From: Mycobacteriales bacterium | GTDB taxonomy: Bacteria; Actinomycetota; Actinomycetes; Mycobacteriales; CADCTP01 | Assembly: GCA_036519715.1 (NCBI GenBank) | Contig: DATDKW010000340.1 | Coordinates: forward strand, 30,073-94,072 | Length of the DNA: 64,000 nt | Reading direction: 5' to 3' | Part shown: positions 28,181 through 41,667 of the stretch, in pieces | Numbering within the stretch: the first letter of the stretch is position 1 | Layout of the letters: every line of letters starts with the position of its first letter | Program-made: the position numbers and the translations under genes | The notes under the pieces: generated by a model | What the model was told of the DNA's origin: nothing | Database searches by the model: none | What the model saw: only the letters and a program-made list of their open reading frames with translations

Positions 28181-28358
28181 CCGAACCGCTCAACCACCGA
28201 CGCCTGCCCCTACGTACTCGTGGCACTCGACGTGGTACCTCGATCCGGGGCTGCCGGAGATCAGGACGGTGTGTCAGAGTGAGGCGGCCGGCTGCGGGGG
28301 AGCCGACGAGTGCACGCCCACCGCCTCGTCTGTACCCCTGTCCCCGGGAAGGGCGCCG

Positions 28359-29237
28359 ATGCAGATTCCCGCCGTCTGTGAGTACGACCGTGCGACCTCG
28401 GTCGCCGAGGCACTGGAGTTGCTGAGCCGGCACGGGCCGGAAGCCCGGCTGATCGCCGGCGGCCACAGCCTGCTGCCGATGATGAAGCTGAGGCTCGCCC
28501 GCCCCGACGTCATCATCGACATCAACGACCTGGCCGAGCTCGACTTCATCAGCCGCACCGGCGACGTGCTGCGCATAGGAGCGTTGACGAGGCACGCGGC
28601 GTTGCTGGAGTCCGCCGAGGTCGGGAGCCTGTTCCCGATCGTCCACGACGCCGAGCGGGTGATCGCCGACCCGGTGGTCCGCAACCGCGGGACGCTCGGC
28701 GGGTCGCTCTGCCAGGCCGACCCCGCGGAGGACTCCACGACCGTGTGCGACGTGCTGGGTGCGGAGGTGGTCATCCGGGGCCTCGACGGCGAGCGGGTCG
28801 TCCCGATCGCAGAGTTCCACCGGGGGCCGTACGAGTCCGCCGTCGAGCAGCACGAGATCCTCACCGAGGTCCGGCTGCCGATCCGGCCGCGGTCGGGCAG
28901 CGCCTACGAGAAGGTCGAGCGACGGGTGGGGGACTGGGCGATCGCCGCGGCCGGAGCGGCGGTCTCGCTGGCCGAGGACGGCAGCATCGAGTGGGCCGGC
29001 ATCGGGCTGACAGCGGTCCGGCTCGACGGCACCGTCGGCCGGGCCGAGGAGGCCGTGCGCGGCCGGCACCCGGACGAGGAGCTCTACGCCGAGGCCGGCC
29101 GCATCGCCGCCGAGGACTGCGACCCGACCGCCGACCAGCGCGGCTCCGCGGAGTACAAGCGGCACCTCGCCGGAGAGCTGACCACGCGGGCACTGCGACG
29201 GGCCGTCGAGCGCGCCCGCGCCGGACTGGAGGGTTGA
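28359..29237 (+). CDS. coxM: Aerobic CO dehydrogenase / xanthine dehydrogenase family, FAD-binding medium subunit
   Basis: [22 protein letters not shown]...[27 protein letters not shown]...NRGTLGGSL...SAEYKRHL. This is the first gene of the M-S-L order. Confidence 0.85.
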   Translation: MQIPAVCEYDRATSVAEALELLSRHGPEARLIAGGHSLLPMMKLRLARPDVIIDINDLAELDFISRTGDVLRIGALTRHAALLESAEVGSLFPIVHDAERVIADPVVRNRGTLGGSLCQADPAEDSTTVCDVLGAEVVIRGLDGERVVPIAEFHRGPYESAVEQHEILTEVRLPIRPRSGSAYEKVERRVGDWAIAAAGAAVSLAEDGSIEWAGIGLTAVRLDGTVGRAEEAVRGRHPDEELYAEAGRIAAEDCDPTADQRGSAEYKRHLAGELTTRALRRAVERARAGLEG

Positions 29238-29241
29238 GCGC

Positions 29242-29723
29242 ATGCAGGTGACGATGACCGTGAACGGCGAGTCCGTGAGCCGGGACGTCGAGCCGCGGAT
29301 GCTGCTGGTCCACTTCCTGCGCGAGCAGCTCACCCTGACCGGCACGCACTGGGGCTGCGACACCAGCAACTGCGGCGTCTGCGTGGTGCTGCTCGACGGG
29401 CGGCCGGTGAAGTCCTGCACGATCCTCGCCGTCATGGCCGGTGGGCACGAGGTGCGCACCGTGGAGGGTCTGGCCACCGACGGCCAGCTCGACCCCGTCC
29501 AGCAGGGCTTCATCGCCGAGCACGGCCTGCAGTGCGGCTTCTGCACCCCCGGGATGATGCTCACCGCGCGGGCCTTGCTCGACCGCAACCCCGACCCGTC
29601 CGAACAGGAGATCCGGGAGGCCATCTCGGGCCAGATCTGCCGCTGCACCGGCTACGCCACCATCGTCCGCTCGGTGAAGTGGGCGGCGGCGCACCCGGCC
29701 GGCGCGGACGTGGAGGTGACGTC

Positions 29724-29727
<4 letters not shown>
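29242..29727 (+). CDS. coxS: CO dehydrogenase family, [2Fe-2S] small subunit
   Basis: [17 protein letters not shown]...VKSC...[13 protein letters not shown]...CRCTGY, the two classical 2Fe-2S cysteine motifs. Confidence 0.9.
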
Positions 29728-32074
<2,347 letters not shown>

Positions 32075-32075
<1 letters not shown>

Positions 32076-32989
32076 TGCGCCAGCAGCTGGCGGTCCGGGC
32101 GGCGGAACTGGTCCGCGCCCGGGTCCCGTTCGCGCAGGCGACGGTGGTGCGGGCGCAACACCCCACCAGCGCCCACGCCGGCGACACGGCCATCGTGCAC
32201 GCGGACGGCCGCATCGACGGGTTCGTGGGCGGCGCCTGCACGGAGGAGTCGGTCCGGCGCTACGGCGAGGAGGTCATCCGTACCGGGGAGCCGCTGCTGC
32301 TGCGGGTGGTGCCGGGCCCGCCGTCGACGTCCACGGAGGACGGTGCCGTGACGGTCACGAACCCGTGCGTGTCGGGCGGTGCGGTGGAGATCTTCCTCGA
32401 ACCGCGGCGGCCGGCGCCGCGGATCGTGGTGGTCGGGCAGACGCCGGTCGCGGAGGCGCTGGCCGAGCTCGCGGCACCGCTGGGCTTCGCCGTGACCTCG
32501 TCCTCGGGCCGGGAGCCGCCGGACTGCGCGCCGGACGACGCCGCGGTGATCGTCGCCTCGCACGGTCGTGGGGAGCAGGCCGCCCTGGATGCGGCGCTGC
32601 ATGCCGGTGTGCCCTACGTGGCGCTGGTGGGCAGCCGGATCCGGGCCGCTTCCGTGCTGTCCACACTCGACGTGGAGCCGGCCGTACGGGCCCGGGTGCG
32701 CAGCCCGGCCGGGCTGGACATCGGCGCCCGGACGGCGCCGGAGATCGCGCTGTCCATCCTGGCCGAGCTGGTGGCCGAGCGGGCCCGGCCGCGGCCGCCG
32801 GTCGAGTCGCGACCCGCCGGCCGCCCGGGCCCATCCGCCACCGCGGTCGACCCCGTCTGCGGGATGACCGTGTCCACCGGCGGGACACCGCTCACCGCCG
32901 AGCGGGACGGCGTGACGGCGTACTTCTGCGGCGAGGGCTGCCGCTCCGCCTGGCTCGCCGACCCGGGCCGGTACGGCGTTGTCTCCTGA
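32075..32989 (+). CDS. XdhC/CoxF/CoxI-family maturation protein fused to a C-terminal YHS (TRASH-like) metal-binding domain
   Basis: It overlaps the coxL stop by 1 nt (TGATG). XdhC blocks: ATVVRAQHPTSAHAGDTAIVHADGRIDGFVGGAC and RIVVVGQTPVAEALAELA...YVALVGSR. The C-terminus DPVCGMTV...YFCGEGCRSAWLADPGRY (32849..32986) has the YHS pattern. Confidence 0.8.
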
Positions 32990-33932
32990 CGGTGCCGGCC
33001 CGGCCGGGGCCGTCCGCGCGGGGGCCGACGCCGGGGTCCAGGCCCTGGTCCCCGACCCGGACCTGCTCGCGTCCGCGCTCGAGGACACCGGCTACCTGGT
33101 CGACCCCGGGCTGGCGACGTCGCTGTTCCTGGCCGTCCGGCTGCCGCAGCCGATCCTGCTGGAGGGTGAGCCCGGAGTGGGCAAGACCGAGGCCGCCAAG
33201 GCGCTCGCGCGGGTGCTGGACACCCCGCTGGTGCGGCTGCAGTGCTACGAGGGCATCGACGCGGCGGAGGCCCTCTACGAATGGGACTACGCCCGGCAGC
33301 TGCTGGGCATCCGCATCGCCGAGTCCCGGCACCAGCCGGTGGACGAGGCCGACCTCTTCGGCCCGGGCTACCTGCTGCGCCGGCCGCTGCTGACCGCCCT
33401 GGAGCACCCCGGACCGCGGCCGGCGGTGCTGCTGATCGACGAGCTGGACCGGGCCGACGACGACTTCGAGGCGTTCACCTTCGAGCTGCTGGCCGAGTCG
33501 GCGGTGACCATCCCCGAGCTCGGGACGGTGCGGGCCACCCACCCCCCGGTCGTCGTCCTCACCTCGAACCGGACGCGCGACCTGCACGACGCCCTCAAGC
33601 GCCGCTGCCTCTACCACTGGATCGACTACCCGTCGCCGGAGCGGACCGCCGAGATCGTCCGGCGCCGGGTGCCGGGCAGCGCCGAACCGCTCGGGGTGGC
33701 GGCGGCCGCCGCGGTGTCCCGGGTCCGCACGCTCGACCTGGACAAACCCCCGGGCATCGCCGAGACGATCGACTGGGTCGCGGCGCTGACCCTGCTCCGG
33801 GTCGACCGGCTCGACCCGGCCGCCGCCGACGCAACGCTCGGCGCCGTGCTGAAACACCGGGAGGATCAGCAGCGGGTCCGCGAGCACGGGCTGGACTGGC
33901 TGGTGGGCACGGGAGCGGGCGGACGGCCGTGA
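32979..33932 (+). CDS. coxD: MoxR-type AAA+ ATPase (CoxD-like)
   Basis: Walker A LLEGEPGVGKTEAAKALA, Walker B VLLIDELDRADDDFE, then VVVLTSNRTRDL. The TTG start at 32979 is uncertain. Confidence 0.85.
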   Translation: MSPDGAGPAGAVRAGADAGVQALVPDPDLLASALEDTGYLVDPGLATSLFLAVRLPQPILLEGEPGVGKTEAAKALARVLDTPLVRLQCYEGIDAAEALYEWDYARQLLGIRIAESRHQPVDEADLFGPGYLLRRPLLTALEHPGPRPAVLLIDELDRADDDFEAFTFELLAESAVTIPELGTVRATHPPVVVLTSNRTRDLHDALKRRCLYHWIDYPSPERTAEIVRRRVPGSAEPLGVAAAAAVSRVRTLDLDKPPGIAETIDWVAALTLLRVDRLDPAAADATLGAVLKHREDQQRVREHGLDWLVGTGAGGRP

Positions 33933-35128
33933 CCGCTCCCGAAGTCCGGGTGGTGCCCGCCGCGCTGGCGGCGGCGTTCGCCGACGCCCTGCACCGGGCC
34001 GGGATCCCGGCCACACCGGAGCGGGCCGGCCGGTTCGCCCGGGCGCTGCAGCTGGTCCCCCCGACGGACCTGGGCCGGCTCCACCGCACCGCCCGGGCGA
34101 CGCTGGTGTCGGACCGGTCGCACCTGGAGACCTTCGACCGGGTCTTCGCCGTGGTCTTCGCCGGGACGGCGGATCCGGCCGACTCGCGGGGGGCGGCCGC
34201 CGCGCCGCCCGTCCGCACTCCGGCCCGGCGGTCGCCGTCCGTCACGACGGTCGACGGCCATGCCGAGGGCGCCGCCGCCCCTGCCGGCGCGTTCGGCCAA
34301 CCGGGCTCGGCCGAGGACGACGGTGAGGCGGCCCGGGAGGCGAGGATCGCCGCCGCGTCGCCGGCCGAGCGGCTCGGGACGGCAGCCTTGTCCGAGCTGT
34401 CGGAGGCCGAGCTGGCCGAGGTGCGCCGACTGGTGGGCGACCTGGCCGTGGCGACGCCCACCCGCACGACTCGCCGGACGCGGCGGTCCAGCGGCAGCGG
34501 GGACCGGCTGGACCTGCGCCGGACGGTCCGCCGCGCCCACCGCACCGCGGGCGACCCGGCCGTGCTCGTCCGCCGCCGCCGTCGGACCCGGCCTCGGCGG
34601 CTGGTCCTCCTGTGCGACGTGTCCGCCTCCATGGAGCCGTACACGCCGGTCTACCTGGCGCTCCTGCACCGGACCGTGACGGACGTCCGGGCCGAGGCGT
34701 TCGTCTTCGCCACCCGGCTGACCCGACTCACCCGGCCGCTGCGCGGTGGCTCCCCGGACCGCGCGTTGCGGCGCGCCGGACGGGCCGCGCCGGACTGGGC
34801 CGGCGGTACCCGTCTCGGCGAGAGCCTGCGCCGCTTCGTCACCGACCACGGCCGGCACGGCGTGGCCCGGGGGGCCGTGGTGGTGATCCTCTCCGACGGA
34901 TGGGCCGGCGACGACCCCGAGCTGGTGGCCCAGCAGATGGCCCGGTTGCGGCGGCTCGCGTACCGGATCGTCTGGGTGAACCCGCGCAAGGCCGCGCCCG
35001 GCTACGAGCCTCTGGTCGGCGGCATGGCGGCCGCTCTGCCCTACTGCGACGCGTTCGTCAGCGGCCACAGCCTGGCCGCGCTGACCGAGGTGGCGGAGGC
35101 CATCCGGGAGGGAAGGTACGGGACATGA
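33929..35128 (+). CDS. coxE: VWA-domain CoxE-like protein
   Basis: The GTG start overlaps the coxD stop (GTGA). The C-terminal VWA domain has a MIDAS-like motif: LVLLCDVSASMEPY...VVVILSDGWAGDDPE...RIVWVNPRKAAPGYEPL. Confidence 0.8.
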   Translation: MTAPEVRVVPAALAAAFADALHRAGIPATPERAGRFARALQLVPPTDLGRLHRTARATLVSDRSHLETFDRVFAVVFAGTADPADSRGAAAAPPVRTPARRSPSVTTVDGHAEGAAAPAGAFGQPGSAEDDGEAAREARIAAASPAERLGTAALSELSEAELAEVRRLVGDLAVATPTRTTRRTRRSSGSGDRLDLRRTVRRAHRTAGDPAVLVRRRRRTRPRRLVLLCDVSASMEPYTPVYLALLHRTVTDVRAEAFVFATRLTRLTRPLRGGSPDRALRRAGRAAPDWAGGTRLGESLRRFVTDHGRHGVARGAVVVILSDGWAGDDPELVAQQMARLRRLAYRIVWVNPRKAAPGYEPLVGGMAAALPYCDAFVSGHSLAALTEVAEAIREGRYGT

Positions 35129-35466
35129 CCGAGAACCAGCCGGACGGGACGGCCGCGCACGAACGCAGCGGGGCCGACGTGGTGGAGGGGGTCGAGACGG
35201 CGGCCGCGGGAACCCCCCACGACGGCGTGCTCCGACCGCCGGAGGAGTCCAAGGCCCGGACCGCACCGGTCGAGCAGGTACGCGACGACCCGGCCATGAC
35301 CGAGGGACAGGTGGTCGGGCAGCGGGAGGAGGAGGCGGCGGAGGTGCCCGAGACGCGGGTGCCGGAGGCTCCGCTGTCCGGCGGGGCGCAGACCATCGCC
35401 GGCGGGCGCATCTCCGACCGGGTGTCCGCAGCGGACACCGACGACGGCGGCGAAGCGGACCGGTGA
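35125..35466 (+). CDS. Acidic low-complexity hypothetical protein (113 aa), translationally coupled to coxE
   Basis: Its start overlaps the coxE stop in an ATGA (35125-35128). G/C third-position bias is acceptable. The composition is rich in E, D, A and T, and I recognise no domain. Confidence 0.4.
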   Translation: MTENQPDGTAAHERSGADVVEGVETAAAGTPHDGVLRPPEESKARTAPVEQVRDDPAMTEGQVVGQREEEAAEVPETRVPEAPLSGGAQTIAGGRISDRVSAADTDDGGEADR

Positions 35467-35542
35467 GCGGGTGCGGTCCTTCCGGCGCCGGCAAAAGGGC
35501 CGGAGACTGGTCCGGTCGAGGTCGTGAACGGAGGCGACGACG

Positions 35543-35947
35543 TTGAGTGCCTTCACCGTTGAGATGCAGAGCCGGCCCGGCGAGCTCGCTCGGCTCTGTG
35601 AGGCCATGGCGGGCGGGAAGATCAACATGATCCTGTCCGCCGTGACGGACGGCGACCGGGGCACCGTCGCCTTCGTGGTCGACGACGAGCAGGCCGCCCG
35701 CACGGCGCTGGACGAGGCGGGCATCGATTTCCGGGAGCGGCCAGCTGTCACCGTACGGATGGACAACCTGCCCGGCACCGGGGCTGTGGCCTTCCGCCGG
35801 CTCGCCGACGCCGGTGTGAACCTCGAGCTGCTGCTTCCGGTCCAGGTCTCACCGCAGGAGTTCTACGCGGTCCTGTGCGTGGACGACGCCGAGTCGGCGT
35901 ACGCCGCGCTGCGGGACTACGTCGTCGGCGAGCGGGACTTCAGCTGA
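35543..35947 (+). CDS. ACT-domain-containing protein
   Basis: The TTG start lies 8 nt after a GGAGG. Two ACT-like half-repeats are present: FTVEMQSRPGELARLCEAMAGGKINM and VRMDNLPGTGAVAFRRLADAGVNLELL. Confidence 0.65.
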   Translation: MSAFTVEMQSRPGELARLCEAMAGGKINMILSAVTDGDRGTVAFVVDDEQAARTALDEAGIDFRERPAVTVRMDNLPGTGAVAFRRLADAGVNLELLLPVQVSPQEFYAVLCVDDAESAYAALRDYVVGERDFS

Positions 35948-36048
35948 CCACCGCCGACCGGCGGGCGCGCCCGGTTCCCGGAACCGGCGAGACGTCGCCG
36001 CCGTCCGTTGTTTGCTGTCGCAAGGAGTTGGGCAATTGTCTCGGCAGC

Positions 36049-36083
36049 ACCCGCCTCGGCCTGTTGTCCCGGCCGAGGCGGGT
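36049..36083. terminator. Strong hairpin between convergent genes (candidate bidirectional terminator)
   Basis: aCCCGCCTCGGCC-tgttgtccc-GGCCGAGGCGGGt forms a 12-13 bp perfect stem. It lies between the ACT gene stop (35947, +) and the methyltransferase stop (36154, -). Confidence 0.6.
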
Positions 36084-36153
36084 CGCATGAGGGGATGCTC
36101 GTGCAGAGGCCGAATACGCGCTCAACGAACCAGCGGTGGCGCGCCTCGCCCTG

Positions 36154-36819
36154 TCACCGTTCGAGTCCGGCGACCTGCCATGCCGTCGCGGGATGGGCGA
36201 GGGTGGCGTGCAGCCCTCGGTCGCCGAGCACGGCGAGCATCCGCTCCGGCGGGTGCGCGAACACCCGGAACTCCATGCGGCGCAATCGGAAGGTCAGGTT
36301 CTCCGCGGCGATGATGGCGCGCCCGGTGGCGCCGGCCGAGGGATAGCTGAAGACCAGCAGGCGACGGGCGTGGTCGGCGGCCGCCGTCAGCAATCGCTGG
36401 TAGTCGGGGTAGCAGCAGACGACCCGGTGCAGCACGACCACGTCGGCCGGCTGGACACCGTCAGGATCCGTCGCGATGTCGTGCAGTCGCCGCTCGACCC
36501 GGCCATCCAGACCGGCGGCGTGCAGCAGGCGCTGCGCCTCGGTCTCGTAGGCCGGCGACAGCTCCAGGTTGACCGCGTTGGCGGCGCCTCGCCGGAGCAG
36601 CTCGAGGTGGATCTCGCCGACCCCGCCACCGATCTCCAGCACCCTGGCACCGGCGATGCCGCGCTGCGCCAGGAAGTCGACCATGCGGGTTGCGGTCGGG
36701 TCCAGGCCCCGGCGGCGGTACCGCGCCGCCCTCCGCCGTGCGAAGCGGGCGCTGAAGAACCGGTCGCAGCCTCGTGGATCGCAGCAGTTGCCGGCCACCG
36801 GCCAACCGTACCGCCGCAT
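36154..36819 (-). CDS. Class I SAM-dependent methyltransferase with a Cys-rich N-terminus
   Basis: SAM motif I is VLEIGGGVGEIHLELL. An acidic post-I residue (NLELS) and VVVLHRVVCCYPD are present. The N-terminus reads CCDPRGCDRFF. Confidence 0.75.
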   Translation of the reverse strand: MRRYGWPVAGNCCDPRGCDRFFSARFARRRAARYRRRGLDPTATRMVDFLAQRGIAGARVLEIGGGVGEIHLELLRRGAANAVNLELSPAYETEAQRLLHAAGLDGRVERRLHDIATDPDGVQPADVVVLHRVVCCYPDYQRLLTAAADHARRLLVFSYPSAGATGRAIIAAENLTFRLRRMEFRVFAHPPERMLAVLGDRGLHATLAHPATAWQVAGLER

Positions 36820-36868
36820 CCGCCGACACAGTCGGTCCGCCGCAGGTCCCGCCCACCATCCCGGCCCG

Positions 36869-37561
36869 TCACCGAGTCGGTTGACCCTGTGGGCGGCGGG
36901 GCGTCCGGACGGGATGGAACGACCGCTGGAGCGCCGGGCGCCGCCTGGCGCTTCCGGTGAGGTGCAGGGCGAGGGGACGGACCTCGGGTCCGGCGTACGC
37001 CTGCTCGCTGCCTTCCCGGTCGTCCCGCTCGTCGATCCCGAACTCGGAGGCCTCCTTGGACACCCGGAACGGTTGGACGACCGGCCTGGAGGGGTCGCGG
37101 AGCGAGATGATCAGGTGCCAGGCGAACGCGGGGTTGTGCAACCGGTAGTCGATGACGGAGAAGTTCGCCGGCTGCCGCCGGTGGACGTGGAAGGGGGCGA
37201 TCGCCTCCAGCCCGGCGGCCTCGATCGTCCGCCACGCCCGCAGCAGGTCGGCGGGGTCGGCGACGAACCCGGCGTCGTCGAACTGCCGGAAGTACGTCCC
37301 CTGCGCATGGAACGCGGCCTGGTTGACCGGCTCGTTACGCCGGTTCCGGCACGGGTCGAACACCACGACGTCGACCGGCCGGAAGGGATGGCCCGGCGCC
37401 GTGGGGTCACCCACGAAGAGGCCGAATCCTTTCAAGCCCGCCGCGTGGAACGCCTGCGCTCGGCGCAGCAGGCGCCGGTACAAGGCCGCGGGCATCTCGA
37501 CCGCAGCTGTCGCCCGGCCGGGGGCAGCGTGCGGGAGGGTGGACGATCTGGGCTCGGACAT
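36869..37561 (-). CDS. JAMM/MPN-motif protein (putative metalloprotease-fold), uncharacterised
   Basis: An exact HxHx7SxxD match is present: FHVHRRQPANFSVID (37151..37189). Strong G/C third-position bias. The ATG at 37561 was chosen because the upstream 99 codons of the track ORF lie in low-GC intergenic-looking DNA. Confidence 0.6.
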   Translation of the reverse strand: MSEPRSSTLPHAAPGRATAAVEMPAALYRRLLRRAQAFHAAGLKGFGLFVGDPTAPGHPFRPVDVVVFDPCRNRRNEPVNQAAFHAQGTYFRQFDDAGFVADPADLLRAWRTIEAAGLEAIAPFHVHRRQPANFSVIDYRLHNPAFAWHLIISLRDPSRPVVQPFRVSKEASEFGIDERDDREGSEQAYAGPEVRPLALHLTGSARRRPALQRSFHPVRTPRRPQGQPTR

Positions 37562-37789
37562 GCGGCGGCATCCCTCCGGTCGGACCGGGCCGGGGCCGCT
37601 CGGGTCCCCGGCCTTCCGACGCCTGGTGAGCCGGCCGGCAGTGGCGTCCACACACATAGAGCACCGACGGCCCGCCGTAATACCGACGTGCGAGGTGGTT
37701 CCGGCGCCGGAGAGACCTTTTGGCGCCACACTCAGGACGGCAGAAGGTGAGGGCGCTCGTTTTGTTACGAATACCGTTGACCCTCCCTT

Positions 37790-37930
37790 CGAGATCGATC
37801 TTCGCGCCGAGCGGCCGAGGACGGTCAGCCCGACGTCCGGCACCCGAGATAGCCGCATATGTTGAACGAGGACCGGAGATAGCGCCGGCGCCGCGACGGA
37901 GATCGGGCGGATAATTCGGCTGCGATCTCG
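37790..37930. promoter_or_regulatory. Cluster of five SGAGATMG motifs in the lower-GC divergent intergenic region
   Basis: CGAGATCG at 37790 (inside the 10-bp palindrome AGATCGATCT), CGAGATAG at 37845, GGAGATAG at 37875, GGAGATCG at 37898, and CGATCTCG (reverse orientation) at 37923. The cluster lies between the JAMM operon (-) and the BNR gene (+). Confidence 0.35.
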
Positions 37931-38004
37931 AAGAAGGGCTGGTGGGCCGGCCGCGGAAGGCGTACAAGAGACGCGGGAGAGCGCAGGGCCGGTGGGGGTG
38001 TGCC

Positions 38005-39654
38005 ATGCGCGGAGTTCGTCCGTTCACCGGAACAGCGATTCTGGCGGTGCTGACTCTCGTGTCCGCCGCCGGTACGGCGGCCGCCCAGCCCGCCTCGCTC
38101 TGGCAGCGGGCGGTGCCCGTCACCCACCAGGTGGCGAGCTCGCCGGTGGCGGGCGGCGGGTACCACACGCCGGACGGGGTGTACGTCCCCGGCCGGTGCG
38201 GCCCGGGGATGATGAACTCCAACCGGTCCGAGTCCTGGATCGCGGCCAGGCGGGGGACCGAGGACCTGGTGGGGACGTCGAAGTTCTTCTTCGACCGGTA
38301 CAGCACGTTCTACAACTTCCACCTCGGGTCGTACTCGATCCCGGGCGGCACGGTGGCCGGCAACAACCAGGTGCAGGGCTATGAGTGCACGACGGTCGGC
38401 ACCCAGGCGATGCCGCCGAGCTGGACCCACAACACCGACCCGAACGTCGCCTTCGACACGAGGGGACGTGCCTACCAGGTGACGCTGCCGTTCAACGCCT
38501 ACTGGCAGAACCTGCACCCGAACGCCGCGGTCATGCTCTCCTACAGCGACGACCTCGGCCGGCACTGGGTCACCGGCAACAGCGGCCGGCCGCTGGAGCA
38601 GTCACCGAACGCGTCGAGCAAGCAGGCCGGGCATGTCGAGGACAAGCAGTGGGTGGCGGTCAACGACATCCCCGGCCACCGCTACGCCGACCACGTGTAC
38701 GCGGCGTGGGCGGTCTTCAACGGCTCGGCGACCAAGGTCCGGATGGCGGTCTCCCGGGACCGCGGGCGGACCTTCGACCGGGCCTTCACGCTCAGTGCCC
38801 CGGCGCAGGTCGGCCCGGCCGTGACCTACGTCTACCCGGCCGTCGACGCGGCGGGCACCGTCTACGTGTCGGTGGTGTCGTTCCCGCCGAACGGCGCGGC
38901 GTCCTCGATCTACGTCGCCCGCTCCTCCGACGACGGCCGCACCTGGAGCCCGTTCGTGGCGGCCGTCCGGGACGTCGGGACCCTGCCGTCGGCGGCGCTG
39001 CCGAACACCAGCTTCCGCGACGGCATCGTGGAGAGCTTCACCGCGAGCCGGACGTACCCCGGCCACCTGTACCTGACGTACGAGGACTGGGACGGGTCGC
39101 AGTTCGACGTCTACTTCACGCAGTCGACCGACCGGGGAGCGACCTGGACCGCGCCGGTGCGGGTCAACGACAACGCGAGCCCGGCCGCGACGGACCAGTT
39201 CCAGCCGTCGGTCGCGGAGGGTCCCGGCGGCGCGGTCGCAGTGGCCTTCTACGATCGCCGGGCTGCGTGTCCGGACGATCCGAGCGTGCTCCCCGCGGAC
39301 CGGGGCCGCACGAACTTCTGCATCGACGTCACGGTCCAGGTCTACCGGGACGCCGGCCGGGGAGCGGCCCGGGTCGGACCGAACGTCCGCGCCTCCGCCT
39401 ACACCTGGGACCCGGAGAACCCGGCGCAGCACGTGGACGGCATCGGGCAGATGGCGTGTGCCAGCCACGACGACCCGTGCGGGCTGTCCTTCATCGGCGA
39501 CTACTTCGGTCTGGCCGTCACGGCCGGGAACGTCTACGTGCTGTCGGTGTCCACCCACTACCCGTCGGCCGTGGTGGCGGACGAGGGCGGCCCGGTCTAC
39601 TACCAGCAGCAGGTGCTCTCGACCCTGAGCAGGGCGGGGCTCGGCCTCGGCTGA
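38005..39654 (+). CDS. Secreted BNR/Asp-box repeat protein (sialidase-superfamily beta-propeller)
   Basis: Signal peptide MRGVRPFTGTAILAVLTLVSAAGTAAA. Four Asp-box SxDxGxTW-like motifs are present: SYSDDLGRHW, SRDRGRTF, SSDDGRTW, STDRGATW. Confidence 0.8.
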   Translation: MRGVRPFTGTAILAVLTLVSAAGTAAAQPASLWQRAVPVTHQVASSPVAGGGYHTPDGVYVPGRCGPGMMNSNRSESWIAARRGTEDLVGTSKFFFDRYSTFYNFHLGSYSIPGGTVAGNNQVQGYECTTVGTQAMPPSWTHNTDPNVAFDTRGRAYQVTLPFNAYWQNLHPNAAVMLSYSDDLGRHWVTGNSGRPLEQSPNASSKQAGHVEDKQWVAVNDIPGHRYADHVYAAWAVFNGSATKVRMAVSRDRGRTFDRAFTLSAPAQVGPAVTYVYPAVDAAGTVYVSVVSFPPNGAASSIYVARSSDDGRTWSPFVAAVRDVGTLPSAALPNTSFRDGIVESFTASRTYPGHLYLTYEDWDGSQFDVYFTQSTDRGATWTAPVRVNDNASPAATDQFQPSVAEGPGGAVAVAFYDRRAACPDDPSVLPADRGRTNFCIDVTVQVYRDAGRGAARVGPNVRASAYTWDPENPAQHVDGIGQMACASHDDPCGLSFIGDYFGLAVTAGNVYVLSVSTHYPSAVVADEGGPVYYQQQVLSTLSRAGLGLG

Positions 39655-39767
39655 ACCAGCCGGGTCACGGGGACGAGCGGAGAGCCGATTGACACTGTGT
39701 AGTAATCAGCCGGATGCTGGCCGTGACACCCGAGGCGCTGCCTGAGATCCGGGGGAACGCCTCCGAC

Positions 39768-41660
<1,893 letters not shown>

Positions 41661-41667
41661 CTCCGGT

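Noticed and set aside
37562-37858. The N-terminal 99 codons of ORF 36869..37858
   Set aside because: They lie in the lower-GC intergenic region with poor codon bias. The ATG at 37561 gives a compact JAMM-motif protein.
39655-39767. A TTGACA hexamer (about 39689) upstream of the GH3 gene as a possible -35 promoter element
   Set aside because: No acceptable -10 hexamer occurs at 16-18 bp spacing, so I cannot support a promoter call.
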